This document shows, one piece after another, positions 17,532 to 26,450 of a DNA stretch of 64,000 bases. Source of the DNA: Nitrospirota bacterium. Lineage in GTDB: Bacteria; Nitrospirota; UBA9217. Positions within the stretch are counted from its first letter, which is position 1; every line of letters starts with the position of its first letter. The stretch lies in contig CAWFSF010000006.1 in assembly GCA_963818475.1 (NCBI GenBank), positions 960,001 to 1,024,000 of the forward strand, read 5' to 3'. The notes below the pieces were generated by a model. The model was not told the origin of the DNA. It searched no databases and saw nothing but the letters and a program-made list of their open reading frames with translations. The position numbers and the translations under genes were made by a program.

Positions 17532-18217
17532 GCATAGATACCATAGAGAATTATTTTATTGCCGCGGCGAAGCCATCGGCCGCTGCTCCGGGGGCGGCGC
17601 CCGCCTGCGCCCGAAGAACCATAGGGACGCTGCATTTTGCTGATCAGGCCTGGCGCGTGCCGCTTTGCGGCCTCAATTACCGCCGTTTTTGCAGCATTGA
17701 CCGGGGGCACCGAAGGCGACGCAGCGGCTGCGTTCTGGGCTGCAGAGCCGGCAAGGCGGACAACCCTGCGGGCAACTTCGAATTCTTGATCTTCCTGGCT
17801 CAGTCCCTCGAGTTCGAGGCCGAACATGCTCCCTGCCGACGATGCGAGCTTACTACCGATTGCAGTGCCGATGCCTGGCGCAACCATTGATCCGAGAGCG
17901 CCTCCGGCAATCGGAAGCGCTTTTTTGATAACGCCCTTGAGCATGCCTCCCAGGGGAGAAGCGACTCTTTTTATACCTCTTCCAATTTTCCTGAATACCC
18001 CTCCCAGAAACTGGTCGAGTTCCGCTTCGTCTGAAATTTCAAGAAGCTGAGAGGCCAGCTCCATCTCTTCGCCTTCACTGAATGGACTCTCCTGGTCGCC
18101 GACTTCGCCGGAGTCGAATTCAAAATCTTCGCCTTGCAACCCTTCTTCTGGATCAAACTCACCTTCGAAGCTTTCTTCAGGTTCAAATTCCGCCTGTGTA
18201 CGATCTAAATCGTGCAT
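17528..18217 (-). CDS. Acidic-leader glycine-zipper protein with a basic C-terminal GRWLRRGNKIILYG motif
   Basis: SD AAGGAGGAG before ATG18217; acidic N-terminus, amphipathic FLGGVFRKIGRGIKRV, AGGALG..PGIGTAIG glycine zipper. Confidence 0.85.
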   Translation of the reverse strand: MHDLDRTQAEFEPEESFEGEFDPEEGLQGEDFEFDSGEVGDQESPFSEGEEMELASQLLEISDEAELDQFLGGVFRKIGRGIKRVASPLGGMLKGVIKKALPIAGGALGSMVAPGIGTAIGSKLASSAGSMFGLELEGLSQEDQEFEVARRVVRLAGSAAQNAAAASPSVPPVNAAKTAVIEAAKRHAPGLISKMQRPYGSSGAGGRRPRSSGRWLRRGNKIILYGIYA

Positions 18218-18268
18218 GATTTTCTCCTCCTTGTATAAGTATGTGTAGTAGACGCTATGGAGGGAATT

Positions 18269-18285
18269 AGCAAGATACATGCCGG
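18269..18285 (-). promoter_or_regulatory. sigma54 (-24/-12) promoter of the island operon
   Basis: Minus-strand CCGGCATGTATCTTGCT gives GG-N10-GC with TTGC, about 50 nt upstream of ATG18217. Confidence 0.75.
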
Positions 18286-18314
18286 GGTTAACATATGGAA
18301 ATTGCATATGAGGA

Positions 18315-18373
18315 GGCGAAGTTCGTTTCGGAATTGGCCAGACTTGAGAGGAATGTGGCGAAGCCGTCTTCGG
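18315..18373. promoter_or_regulatory. Two palindromic sites, putative upstream activating sequences
   Basis: GGCGAAG-N5-TTCGG at 18315-18331 and 18357-18373, 42 bp apart. Confidence 0.55.
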
Positions 18374-18441
18374 GATCGAAAGCAAGCGGATGGCATACGG
18401 TAACGTCGGATGCTGCTCTCTCAAGCCGTGCGCGCTTTATT

Positions 18442-18704
18442 CTCTCATAAAAAGTACAATCGATAGAAGCAATAAGGAGGTCCATCATGAAAAAACTCGT
18501 CCTGGTATTGCTCCTGATCCCTGCAGCCGGCTGGCGCGCCGGTCCATCATGGTGGATTCCATAATGAGTTGTCCGGGCTTAAAGCCAAAAAACGACATCA
18601 TCGCCGTCGGAGAACAGGTTCTTTATCTGCACCGATAACCGCGACTGGTCCTGCATCAGGGACGTGTTCGCTCCGGAGGTGCTCTTCGACATGACCTCCC
18701 CGGC
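18442..18704 (+). pseudogene. Degenerate 5' duplicate of the SnoaL/NTF2 gene at 21313
   Basis: Long near-identical blocks with 21252-21533 (e.g. ...GTGCTCTTCGACATGACCTCCC); frameshifted and truncated. Confidence 0.85.
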
Positions 18705-18818
18705 CAATATATATGCACTGTCAACGATTATTGTAGTAGGTAGAAAATTGCGGTTTATTAAGAATCAAAGTAGCCCACGAATAAACAGTAAAGGCCCTAT
18801 CTCAATCGAGGTAAGGCC

Positions 18819-18876
18819 TGTAAAGGTAGCAGCAGGATCTGTCAATCAGCGTATCTTTTTCAGCGTGATATTTCCC
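18819..18876 (+). repeat. Right copy of the direct repeat bounding the island
   Basis: 27 bp identical core GCAGGATCTGTCAATCAGCGTATCTTT, plus GTGATATTTCCC. Confidence 0.8.
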
Positions 18877-18898
18877 AAAGACAGGGACTATGAACAGA

Positions 18899-20236
18899 TC
18901 AGCCGTCGGGCGGTTCGCAATAGCATGTTTTGTTTCTGCCGCCGTTCTTTGCCGTATACAACCCCTTGTCAGCCTTGTCGAGCAGCTCGTTCACGCTCTG
19001 AGCGTCCCGGGGATAGGTGCAGATGCCCCCGCTGATCGTGATCCTGAGAGGGGTGTCTGCGATACCCGTGAATTCCGTGCTCTCGATCTTTTTCCGGATG
19101 CGCTCAGCCACCTCCCGCTCCGCACCGTTGCTGTCCGGCATGAGCATGGCGAACTCCTCGCCGCCGTAACGCGCCACGGTGTCCATCTGCCGTGCATTCG
19201 CCTTCAGGATGTCGGACACCGCCCTGAGCAGGGTGTTGCCTTTCTCATGGCCGTAGGTATCGTTCACCTTCTTGAACTGATCGAGATCGAAGAGGATGAC
19301 GCCGAAGTTCGAATTGCTCCGCCTGGCCCGGGACTCCTCCTTTTTCAGCTCGTCCATGAAGTGCGCGTAATTGTTCAGACCGGTGAGGCGGTCCGTGATG
19401 GAACCCTCGTGAAGTTTCCGGTTGGCCTCGTGAAGCTGTTCGGTCGACCGCTTCATGTCCGCGACCATCTGGTTGAACGATGCTGCCAGTTCTCCTATCT
19501 CGTCCCGGGTATCGATCTCCACGCGGCTATCAAGGTCGCCTTGCGCGACGCGGTCTGCTGCGTGCTTCAGCAGTATGAGAGGACGGGAGATGGTGCCGGA
19601 GAAGAGAAAACTCAACAGGGCCGCTATCACCAGCGCTGCCGCGATGCCGATCAGGCTGATCCTCAGGAGGACCGTCCGGAATGCCATCCACCCTGAATCG
19701 AGTTGGGAGTGGAGTTTTTCAATCGAGGCTATCAGAGGTTCGTTCGAATAGACGATCTGGCCGTATCCGGCGACGTGTTTCTCTGATCTGATCGTAAAAG
19801 AAATGCGCTCCCCCTGCTCGGTTTTTTCCGCAATGATAGGTTGTTTCTTCAGCCGCGCAAGGCTCACATCGAGCTTTGTTCCAAAAGCTTTATTCTGCCG
19901 GGTCCCATCGGTCAGGATCATGCCCTTCGAGTCGGCCACGATAAACGAAATGAACGGCAATCCGATCTTCATATCGTTGATGATGCGGTTGACCCTGCTT
20001 ATATCGGTTTGATAAACCGGAATAAAGAGATGCCGACTCAGATACTGGGCGGTATTGAACAGCGTTTTCCCATGGTTCTCCCGGAAAAAGACCGCGCTCG
20101 TGTCTTTGACGTTCTTTTTGAGCTCCGCACCTTTTTTAACACTAATGAAGGCGAAGGATGCGACCAGGATCAGCATGATCGCGACGCTGCTGATGCCGAA
20201 GAAGAGGGCGTATTTTTTGTTGATGTTGAACTTCAT
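18899..20236 (-). CDS. Membrane diguanylate cyclase (2 TM, HAMP, GGDEF)
   Basis: DEIGELA HAMP, TDRLTGL, DLDQFKKVND, RYGGEEF, RxxD I-site RQMD. Confidence 0.93.
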   Translation of the reverse strand: MKFNINKKYALFFGISSVAIMLILVASFAFISVKKGAELKKNVKDTSAVFFRENHGKTLFNTAQYLSRHLFIPVYQTDISRVNRIINDMKIGLPFISFIVADSKGMILTDGTRQNKAFGTKLDVSLARLKKQPIIAEKTEQGERISFTIRSEKHVAGYGQIVYSNEPLIASIEKLHSQLDSGWMAFRTVLLRISLIGIAAALVIAALLSFLFSGTISRPLILLKHAADRVAQGDLDSRVEIDTRDEIGELAASFNQMVADMKRSTEQLHEANRKLHEGSITDRLTGLNNYAHFMDELKKEESRARRSNSNFGVILFDLDQFKKVNDTYGHEKGNTLLRAVSDILKANARQMDTVARYGGEEFAMLMPDSNGAEREVAERIRKKIESTEFTGIADTPLRITISGGICTYPRDAQSVNELLDKADKGLYTAKNGGRNKTCYCEPPDG

Positions 20237-20239
20237 GAT

Positions 20240-21169
20240 TTAGTCCTCGTCTGAAAGCAGCTGTTTAAGATCTGCGAGAGAGTTCCGGTCTTCCTGCGTC
20301 AGTCGTTCAAATTTTGTCATCTTCAGCGCCGTGGCCAACGCAGTCCGTCCCTGACCGTTCCCGGACATATCGACCAGCGTTATCTCAACGGCTTCCCTGA
20401 GCACGCGCGGAAAAGAGGGGTGAAACGAGCCGAGCAGGCGAATGACCGGCGCGGTACGGTGAATGACCCGCAACTGTGACCGTTCCTTCGGGCGAAGCTC
20501 GTCCCAGTCGCTGCTGCTGAAAACGCCGGCGTCCGCCTGGTTCCTGATGACCCGGAATGCCTGGTTGATCGCCTCGCCTGCAAACGCATACCGGACCGCA
20601 TCTTTGGGCGCATCTTCGTCCGTTGATCCACGCAAGGATAATTTGTTCTTTTTCAGTTCGGCTTTTGCCATGGCGTATCCCGCTGTGGACGAAGGCGTCC
20701 CGAAAACAACGGTCTTTCCCCGCAGATCGCTCAGCTCTTGCAGGGAGCTTTGTTTCCGTACGAAAAATACCGCTGAGTGTTCACGGGCCGCTCCCTGTAA
20801 AGCGACGACCGCGGGCACGAGTTCATGAGGTTCCATTTCCACGATCGGGAAAGCGGAGGTGATGATGAAATCCAGCGTTCCTTCTTTGATACGGGCGCGC
20901 AACTGGTCCAGGTCCTTTGCGACGAAGACGGTCACGTCCTTTATCCCGGACCGCCTGAGACGACGTTCCAAATATTCCACGAAAGGATCGAAATCCTGCA
21001 GGAGCTGTCCCGGATTCGCGCCGATAAGCCCGATCCTGAATTGCGTTACCGTATCTTCTGCTGAAGCCGCAGGACCGTAGAAGCAGGCGACTAATGCGAT
21101 AAGAAAAGCAAGGATTGTTCTTTTAAGAGTTGCCAGGTTGCGAGGTGCAATTCCCTTTGTGCCCTTCAT
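20240..21169 (-). CDS. PhnD/SsuA-type periplasmic substrate-binding protein
   Basis: Signal peptide; SVFFVRK.S..L.DLRGKTVVFG.PSSTAGY; ADAG. Confidence 0.85.
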   Translation of the reverse strand: MKGTKGIAPRNLATLKRTILAFLIALVACFYGPAASAEDTVTQFRIGLIGANPGQLLQDFDPFVEYLERRLRRSGIKDVTVFVAKDLDQLRARIKEGTLDFIITSAFPIVEMEPHELVPAVVALQGAAREHSAVFFVRKQSSLQELSDLRGKTVVFGTPSSTAGYAMAKAELKKNKLSLRGSTDEDAPKDAVRYAFAGEAINQAFRVIRNQADAGVFSSSDWDELRPKERSQLRVIHRTAPVIRLLGSFHPSFPRVLREAVEITLVDMSGNGQGRTALATALKMTKFERLTQEDRNSLADLKQLLSDED

Positions 21170-21312
21170 GCGGAATACTATACCATTAAATATAAGTTGC
21201 GACAATAAGGATATGGGATCCAGCATGATTCTCTGGACACGGAACCCTTCACTCTCACAAAAAGTAACAATCGATAGAGCTATGATAGAAACAATAAGGA
21301 GGTCTGTCTGTC

Positions 21313-21858
21313 ATGCAAAGACCCGTCCTGGTATTGCTCCTGATCCTTGCAGCCGGCTGCGCACCGGTCCATCACGGTCACAGTGGATTTCAAAATGAAT
21401 TGTCAAGGCTGAAAACCCAGAACGACATCATCGCCATTGGGAACAGGCTCTTTATCTGCACCGATAACCGCGACTGGTCCTGCGTCAGGGACGTGTTCGC
21501 TCCCGAGGTGCTCTTCGACATGACCTCCCTGGCAGGGGGCAAGCCCGAAACGAAAACGCCTCAGCAGATCGCTGACATGTGGGACGAGGGGTTGAAGGCC
21601 CTCAAGGCCATCCATCACCAGACAGGGAACTATCAGGTCACGATGGCCAACGGGAATGGGGCTAACCTGTTCTGCTACGGCATTGCCTATCATTACCTCC
21701 CGAATCCCACGAACCAGAATACCCGGGTCTTCGTCGGCAGTTACGATCTCCATCTCGTCAAATGGGACTGCGGCTGGAAGATCGACAGGTTCAAGTTCAA
21801 TTTGAAGTTCATTGACGGCAATAAGGACCTCGAAGGTTCGGCGAAAAAGGATTTGTAA
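21313..21858 (+). CDS. SnoaL/NTF2-like lipoprotein
   Basis: Lipobox LAAGC; D.RDW..F, HHQTGN, GSYD....WKI. Confidence 0.85.
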   Translation: MQRPVLVLLLILAAGCAPVHHGHSGFQNELSRLKTQNDIIAIGNRLFICTDNRDWSCVRDVFAPEVLFDMTSLAGGKPETKTPQQIADMWDEGLKALKAIHHQTGNYQVTMANGNGANLFCYGIAYHYLPNPTNQNTRVFVGSYDLHLVKWDCGWKIDRFKFNLKFIDGNKDLEGSAKKDL

Positions 21859-21875
21859 TATGTCCCTATGATGTG

Positions 21876-21911
21876 CAAAAAAAAGGGAAAGCCGATTCGG
21901 CTTTCCCTTTT
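21876..21911. terminator. Bidirectional intrinsic terminator
   Basis: AAAAGGGAAAGCCG-ATT-CGGCTTTCCCTTTT between convergent genes. Confidence 0.8.
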
Positions 21912-21995
21912 AATCCTGACGCGCAGCGCAACGGCCGGTTTCCCGTCGTCCACTAAAGCGCCTTGTTTGTCCTCAATGACCCTGCCTTTTTTAAA

Positions 21996-22499
21996 TTAGT
22001 CCTGATAGTAATCGTCAGCGCCTACCTTGCTTGTGTGGCCCGGCAGCCCGGAATTTTTCCAGCCATTCAAGGTGCGATAACCCAGACCCTGGGTTTTATT
22101 AACATCGCCTTCAAAACCTTTGAGCATGTTCGAAACATTCGTATAGCCGGCGGCCTCAAGTGCCAGGGCGGCAGCAACACTTCTTGCACCGGAGCGGCAC
22201 ATGGTGATGATATGGGTAGCTTTGGCAGTCCCAAAGAGTTCGTTGACGTCGGAAATGAACGACGGGTTGAGAATGAACTGACCATGGTTCTCAATCTCCC
22301 AGGAGAGATTTACCACATTGGGTACGTTGGGATGACCGACCCAGATAAATTCTGCCTCAGTGCGGACATCGAGAATGTAGGCTCCGCCATTCATTACTGC
22401 ATCATACGCCTGGACCGGTGTCACATCGTCGTATGCTGAAGCGGCAGTAGCAGCGAGAATCATTGCGATTCCGATTACCAGTGAGTATAATTTTTTCAT
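21996..22499 (-). CDS. Exported rhodanese-domain protein
   Basis: Signal peptide; LDVRTEAEF..GH, active loop CRSGARS, GFEG. Confidence 0.9.
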   Translation of the reverse strand: MKKLYSLVIGIAMILAATAASAYDDVTPVQAYDAVMNGGAYILDVRTEAEFIWVGHPNVPNVVNLSWEIENHGQFILNPSFISDVNELFGTAKATHIITMCRSGARSVAAALALEAAGYTNVSNMLKGFEGDVNKTQGLGYRTLNGWKNSGLPGHTSKVGADDYYQD

Positions 22500-22805
22500 G
22501 GTTTTCTCCTTTAGTTAATGGTTTTACCTCTGTCGTTATAACCTGCCAATATTCCATTTTTAAATCAAGACTTGCGTATCCTGCCTTCGCCGTTGAATCG
22601 ATGAATCACGGCGAAATAAATAAATTCGTCTCTGTTGAAATCCTCCCTCCTCTCCGACAAATGTAGACAGAGTGTAGTATAACTATAGGTATATGTAAAT
22701 ACCCCGGTATGGTTATTTTTAGGGTATTCTTAAAAGCTCAATTTGAGAACAAAGTGTTTTCGAGATACCGTATAGATCAATTGGGGTCAGATCGGACATC
22801 CCATC

Positions 22806-22873
22806 GCACCTGTCACTTCTGGCAGGTGACAGTAAACGGAAAATCAATTACAATACTGCAATAAATTGTAGAG
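22806..22873 (+). repeat. Palindromic ~65 bp repeat, copy 1
   Basis: GCACCTGTCACTTCTGGCAGGTGACAG...AAATTGTAGAGG matches 26173-26238. Confidence 0.7.
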
Positions 22874-22994
22874 GTTTCTTTCGCATCCCCATCTATACCT
22901 TGCCTTTTGACGCAATTTCCTGTAATTTCGTGTTTGTATACTGTTTTTGAGCACATTGTTTTAAAGCGCGGCAGTCACGCCAACGGAGGGTGGA

Positions 22995-23967
22995 ATGAAA
23001 ACGATGATGGTTTGGATGGCTGCATTGTTATTGGCGGCTCAACTGGGAGGAGCGGGCGAGTCCATTGCTCAAGATGCTATTCCTTCCGTTGAACCAAGTA
23101 GTATCGAGGATCATAGCGGCAATGATCCAGCCAAGCCGACGGTGCAAACGGGAGATGCGGACGCCAACTCATCCGACGAATGCACTGAAAGTCCATTCGG
23201 CTCGTATAAAGTAAACTATTTCAGCCTCAGCGACTGGCCTGCCAGTGATAAAGCCGTAATAAAATTTCAATTGAGTATTAAATACCAGGTCCTCGACCGC
23301 GATGTCCATATCCCGTTTACAGAAAAGAAAATGGGCCTGTACTTCGCCTATACGCAGAAATCATTCTGGGATATCGGGAAGGATTCAGGTCCCTTCGAAG
23401 AAAGTAATTACAATCCGGAATTTTTCATTTCCTTCAAACCGAAAACCATGGAAATCGGCAGGCTAAAAATTCATGAAATTCTGCTCAGCCCGTACGAGCA
23501 TGAGTCTAATGGCGTTGACGGTGGCACTTCGCGAAGTTGGAACAGGAATTACGCCGCAGTTCGTCTCGGATACGCTCCAGGGACCAAATATGATAAGGCT
23601 GATGCCTTTACAGACGATATTGTAGAATTGAATTTCAAAGTATGGCATGCCTGGGGTTATTCCGACAACGATGCCTATCTCCAGTCAACAGGCAGCACGA
23701 AAAGTTTTCTTGATTACGCGGGTCATGGTGAAATACGGCTGAAAATAAGAAATATAGCGCCATGGCCCGGGGACAACCAGCTGCGATCTGTACACGAGGG
23801 TGTTTCACGACAGTAACAAGAATGGCTATTCAGCGGAATTTCAACAAAAAATCTCAGGAACAAATTTTTCCGCTTATATCCAGTATTGGCGCGGCTATGG
23901 TGAGAGTCTCCTGAGATTTGATCGCTTTGAAAGAAGTTTATATGTCGGGCTTTCATTCTGTCTTTAA
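22995..23967 (+). CDS. pldA: Outer membrane phospholipase A (OMPLA), frameshifts near the 3' end
   Basis: KFQLSIK, AYTQKSFW, PFEESNYNPE, catalytic HESNG...SRSWNR. The shifted tail reads YWRGYGESLL...YVGLSFCL*. Confidence 0.85.
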
Positions 23968-24195
23968 CAGTTATATTAGAGGGCCTTTATTTGTCACCAT
24001 ATCAAAGGGGCTGATTCAGCTCGTTGCTGCATTTTTCAAAAGACTTTTTCAACGTTGCATTACTCTCGCTCTGCCCCATCACTCTCTCAATAAATGGGTG
24101 ACCCCGAGGCCTCTGAATAACTAATGTTTTTAAGTCTGACCAGCATCGGCCCTGATGCTGGCCATGGCGCATATGCTGTGGAAAGACCGCAAGAA

Positions 24196-25032
24196 ATGAA
24201 ATACAATGCTTCTCGAAAAACTAAAGTGCTGCGCACGCGGGTCCTGATCCAGAGCGTTCTGCTCATTATCGTCCTGGGCCTGCTGTGGTTCCTCTCGCAG
24301 GACCGCTTTCGGGGAGCAGGTCGGACGGAAACCGCCGGGACAAGGGAGCCCGCGCCCCTGGTGACAGCGCCGGCCAAGCCCCGTGGTCCCATCTTCTTTG
24401 TAGCATTACAAGGCGAAGGAACAGCGAGCCAAAGGAATGAGGTCATTGTCCTGCTCAAAAAGATAAACCTCCCCGAAGGTTATGACCGGGCCCCAGTGAT
24501 CAAGGCCAACGGATCGTACTGGCTGGCCTCCCCTCTGGGGATATGGCTGGTGACGTGCAAGAGCGTTCAGGCAGCCGCCGGGAGGGAGCAGGGACCTGGG
24601 GGCGGACAGCTCGAGATCATGCTGCAGTCCCGTAGCCCCCTGCAGGGGAACAGCTGGCTCCTTGCGGAAGATCCCTTTCCTCCGCAGATGTGGCAGCAGA
24701 AGGAGGTTACGGCAAAGGGCGTCGATCTCCGGGTGATCATCACCACGCACAGCGACGAGTTCATGCTGGATTCCATCTATCTTCCCGACAAACAGGACGA
24801 GGATGCCGACGGCCCGGCACAGGTGCGGATCGATATCCATCGGAAGCAGAAGAACGAAACAGGATGGACGAAGATCAACAGCTTCATCACGAACAGCGAG
24901 GTCCGGTCGTATATCGATGTAGATGGCGACGGGGTGCCCGAGATCATCAACGTGGAGTGGTACGATGAAGGTGTCCTGCGCTCGTTCTATCCCGAGATCA
25001 AGGTCATAGCGATCGATCACTCTGGCGTGTAA
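24196..25032 (+). CDS. Hypothetical membrane-anchored protein
   Basis: Single N-terminal TM; DVDGDGVPEI Ca-binding-like motif near the C-terminus. Confidence 0.7.
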   Translation: MKYNASRKTKVLRTRVLIQSVLLIIVLGLLWFLSQDRFRGAGRTETAGTREPAPLVTAPAKPRGPIFFVALQGEGTASQRNEVIVLLKKINLPEGYDRAPVIKANGSYWLASPLGIWLVTCKSVQAAAGREQGPGGGQLEIMLQSRSPLQGNSWLLAEDPFPPQMWQQKEVTAKGVDLRVIITTHSDEFMLDSIYLPDKQDEDADGPAQVRIDIHRKQKNETGWTKINSFITNSEVRSYIDVDGDGVPEIINVEWYDEGVLRSFYPEIKVIAIDHSGV

Positions 25033-25334
25033 TCGTGTCATCACTCAGTATCGACACTCGTCGAGCTTGATTGGCTTCCTCGCTTGCAGTGTTCGTCGTC
25101 GTTTAACTATCGGTTCTCATCGATGTAAGTCGACCCTCGTCGTTCCTTGTCGGCACTTAAAGTCGTCTCTCGTCGGGAGTTTTATTCGGCGCTACCCAAA
25201 CAAGGTGCAGCCAGGGGGACGTTGTTGTTGAAATTGCGTGGGGAGATTCTTAGGTCTTGCGGCTTGACAATTGCACCCGCTCGGTCTTGCGTTTTGACCG
25301 TTCTCAGCATCTCGAAGACGTTGATTGGGGGCCT

Positions 25335-26075
25335 ATGATTGACGGACAGCATCAGAAGCCATTGTACGCGACGCTGGCGCTGCGAATTAAAGCCAGTGTC
25401 ATTGACTCGACAATTCTTCTCGCCTTGATCATTCTGATCCCCCTCACGATAGGCCAATTCCCCGATCATCCCGGCCTTCGGGCCTTCCTTATGTACAGCC
25501 CCTTGCTGTTCCTTGAGCCCTTGCTGGTCACGTTCACCGGCAGCACCATCGGCCAGCGAGTGATGGGCATTGCGATTGTCGATCACGAGCGCGGATCACG
25601 ATTGGCGCTTCCCTTGTCCTTTGTCCGCTACTTTATCAAGGTCCTCCTGGGCGGGCTTTCACTGGTATGGATGTTTTTCACCAGCAAGAGACAGGCGATC
25701 CACGACCGCCTGGTTGGGACCGTCGTGATCTTGTCGTCGCAGAGGATCGCGAAAAAACCGTCCTTCGCTGCTGAAGGCGAGGGTGCGCTGGAGCCGGAGC
25801 CTGAGAATACCTATCCGTCCATCCTGCGCAGGTTTGTTTTCTTCCTGCTCTGGTATTGTGCCGCGACCCTGCTGCTGTCGTCGCTCTTTTTGGGCGTGAC
25901 TTATCTGCTCTCACCCGGCAGTATCAGTGACGACCTTGATCTGCCGAAATCCGTGGAACGAGTGGAGCATTATCTCGACAGCATCCTGTTCCTGTTCATG
26001 GGAGCGTTAGCCGCGAAAGGAAGGTTGCCGGGCGCGCGAAAAATTGCCACGCTCCCCGACCCGCCGCTTCAGTAA
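25335..26075 (+). CDS. RDD family membrane protein
   Basis: LRIKASVID, TIGQRVMGI, RQAIHDRLVGT. Confidence 0.85.
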   Translation: MIDGQHQKPLYATLALRIKASVIDSTILLALIILIPLTIGQFPDHPGLRAFLMYSPLLFLEPLLVTFTGSTIGQRVMGIAIVDHERGSRLALPLSFVRYFIKVLLGGLSLVWMFFTSKRQAIHDRLVGTVVILSSQRIAKKPSFAAEGEGALEPEPENTYPSILRRFVFFLLWYCAATLLLSSLFLGVTYLLSPGSISDDLDLPKSVERVEHYLDSILFLFMGALAAKGRLPGARKIATLPDPPLQ

Positions 26076-26172
26076 AACAACGCCATAGACCTCCCCCCTC
26101 ATTCATTGCTTTAATACCTCTTCCTGAGAAGCATCCATAAACAGCTCTTAATCGAAAAAAGACTTTTTGAAA

Positions 26173-26238
26173 GCACCTGTCAGTTCTGACAGGTGACAGC
26201 GAACGAAAAAACCTTTACACTATCGCAAATTGTCGAGG
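26173..26238 (+). repeat. Palindromic ~65 bp repeat, copy 2
   Basis: GCACCTGTCAGTTCTGACAGGTGACAG...AAATTGTCGAGG. Confidence 0.7.
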
Positions 26239-26450
26239 CCACTTTAGACCTGCGCCGACACGCCAGGATATGGGATATGAAGAGCCGGCCTATGTCGATC
26301 TCGGGACCTGGCGGGTAATCCAGGGCATGGCGAGAAAGTAGATTAAGCCAATAGAGTGACCGGATTAGATAAATAAGTCTTGTTTTGAATCTTTATTTTC
26401 AGCAACGATTAACAGCATGTTCATTCTAAAATCGAAAGGAGAAGAGAACA

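Noticed and set aside
18218-18424. N-terminal extension of ORF 17528..18424
   Set aside because: The region holds the sigma54 promoter and palindromes, and a strong SD supports ATG18217
5892-18818. Prophage lysis cassette, T6SS or eCIS locus
   Set aside because: No recognisable capsid, tail, sheath, VgrG/PAAR, holin, terminase or integrase genes
25033-25250. Integron attC site between cassette-like genes
   Set aside because: No convincing RYYYAAC...GTTRRRY paired structure was seen, and no integrase is present
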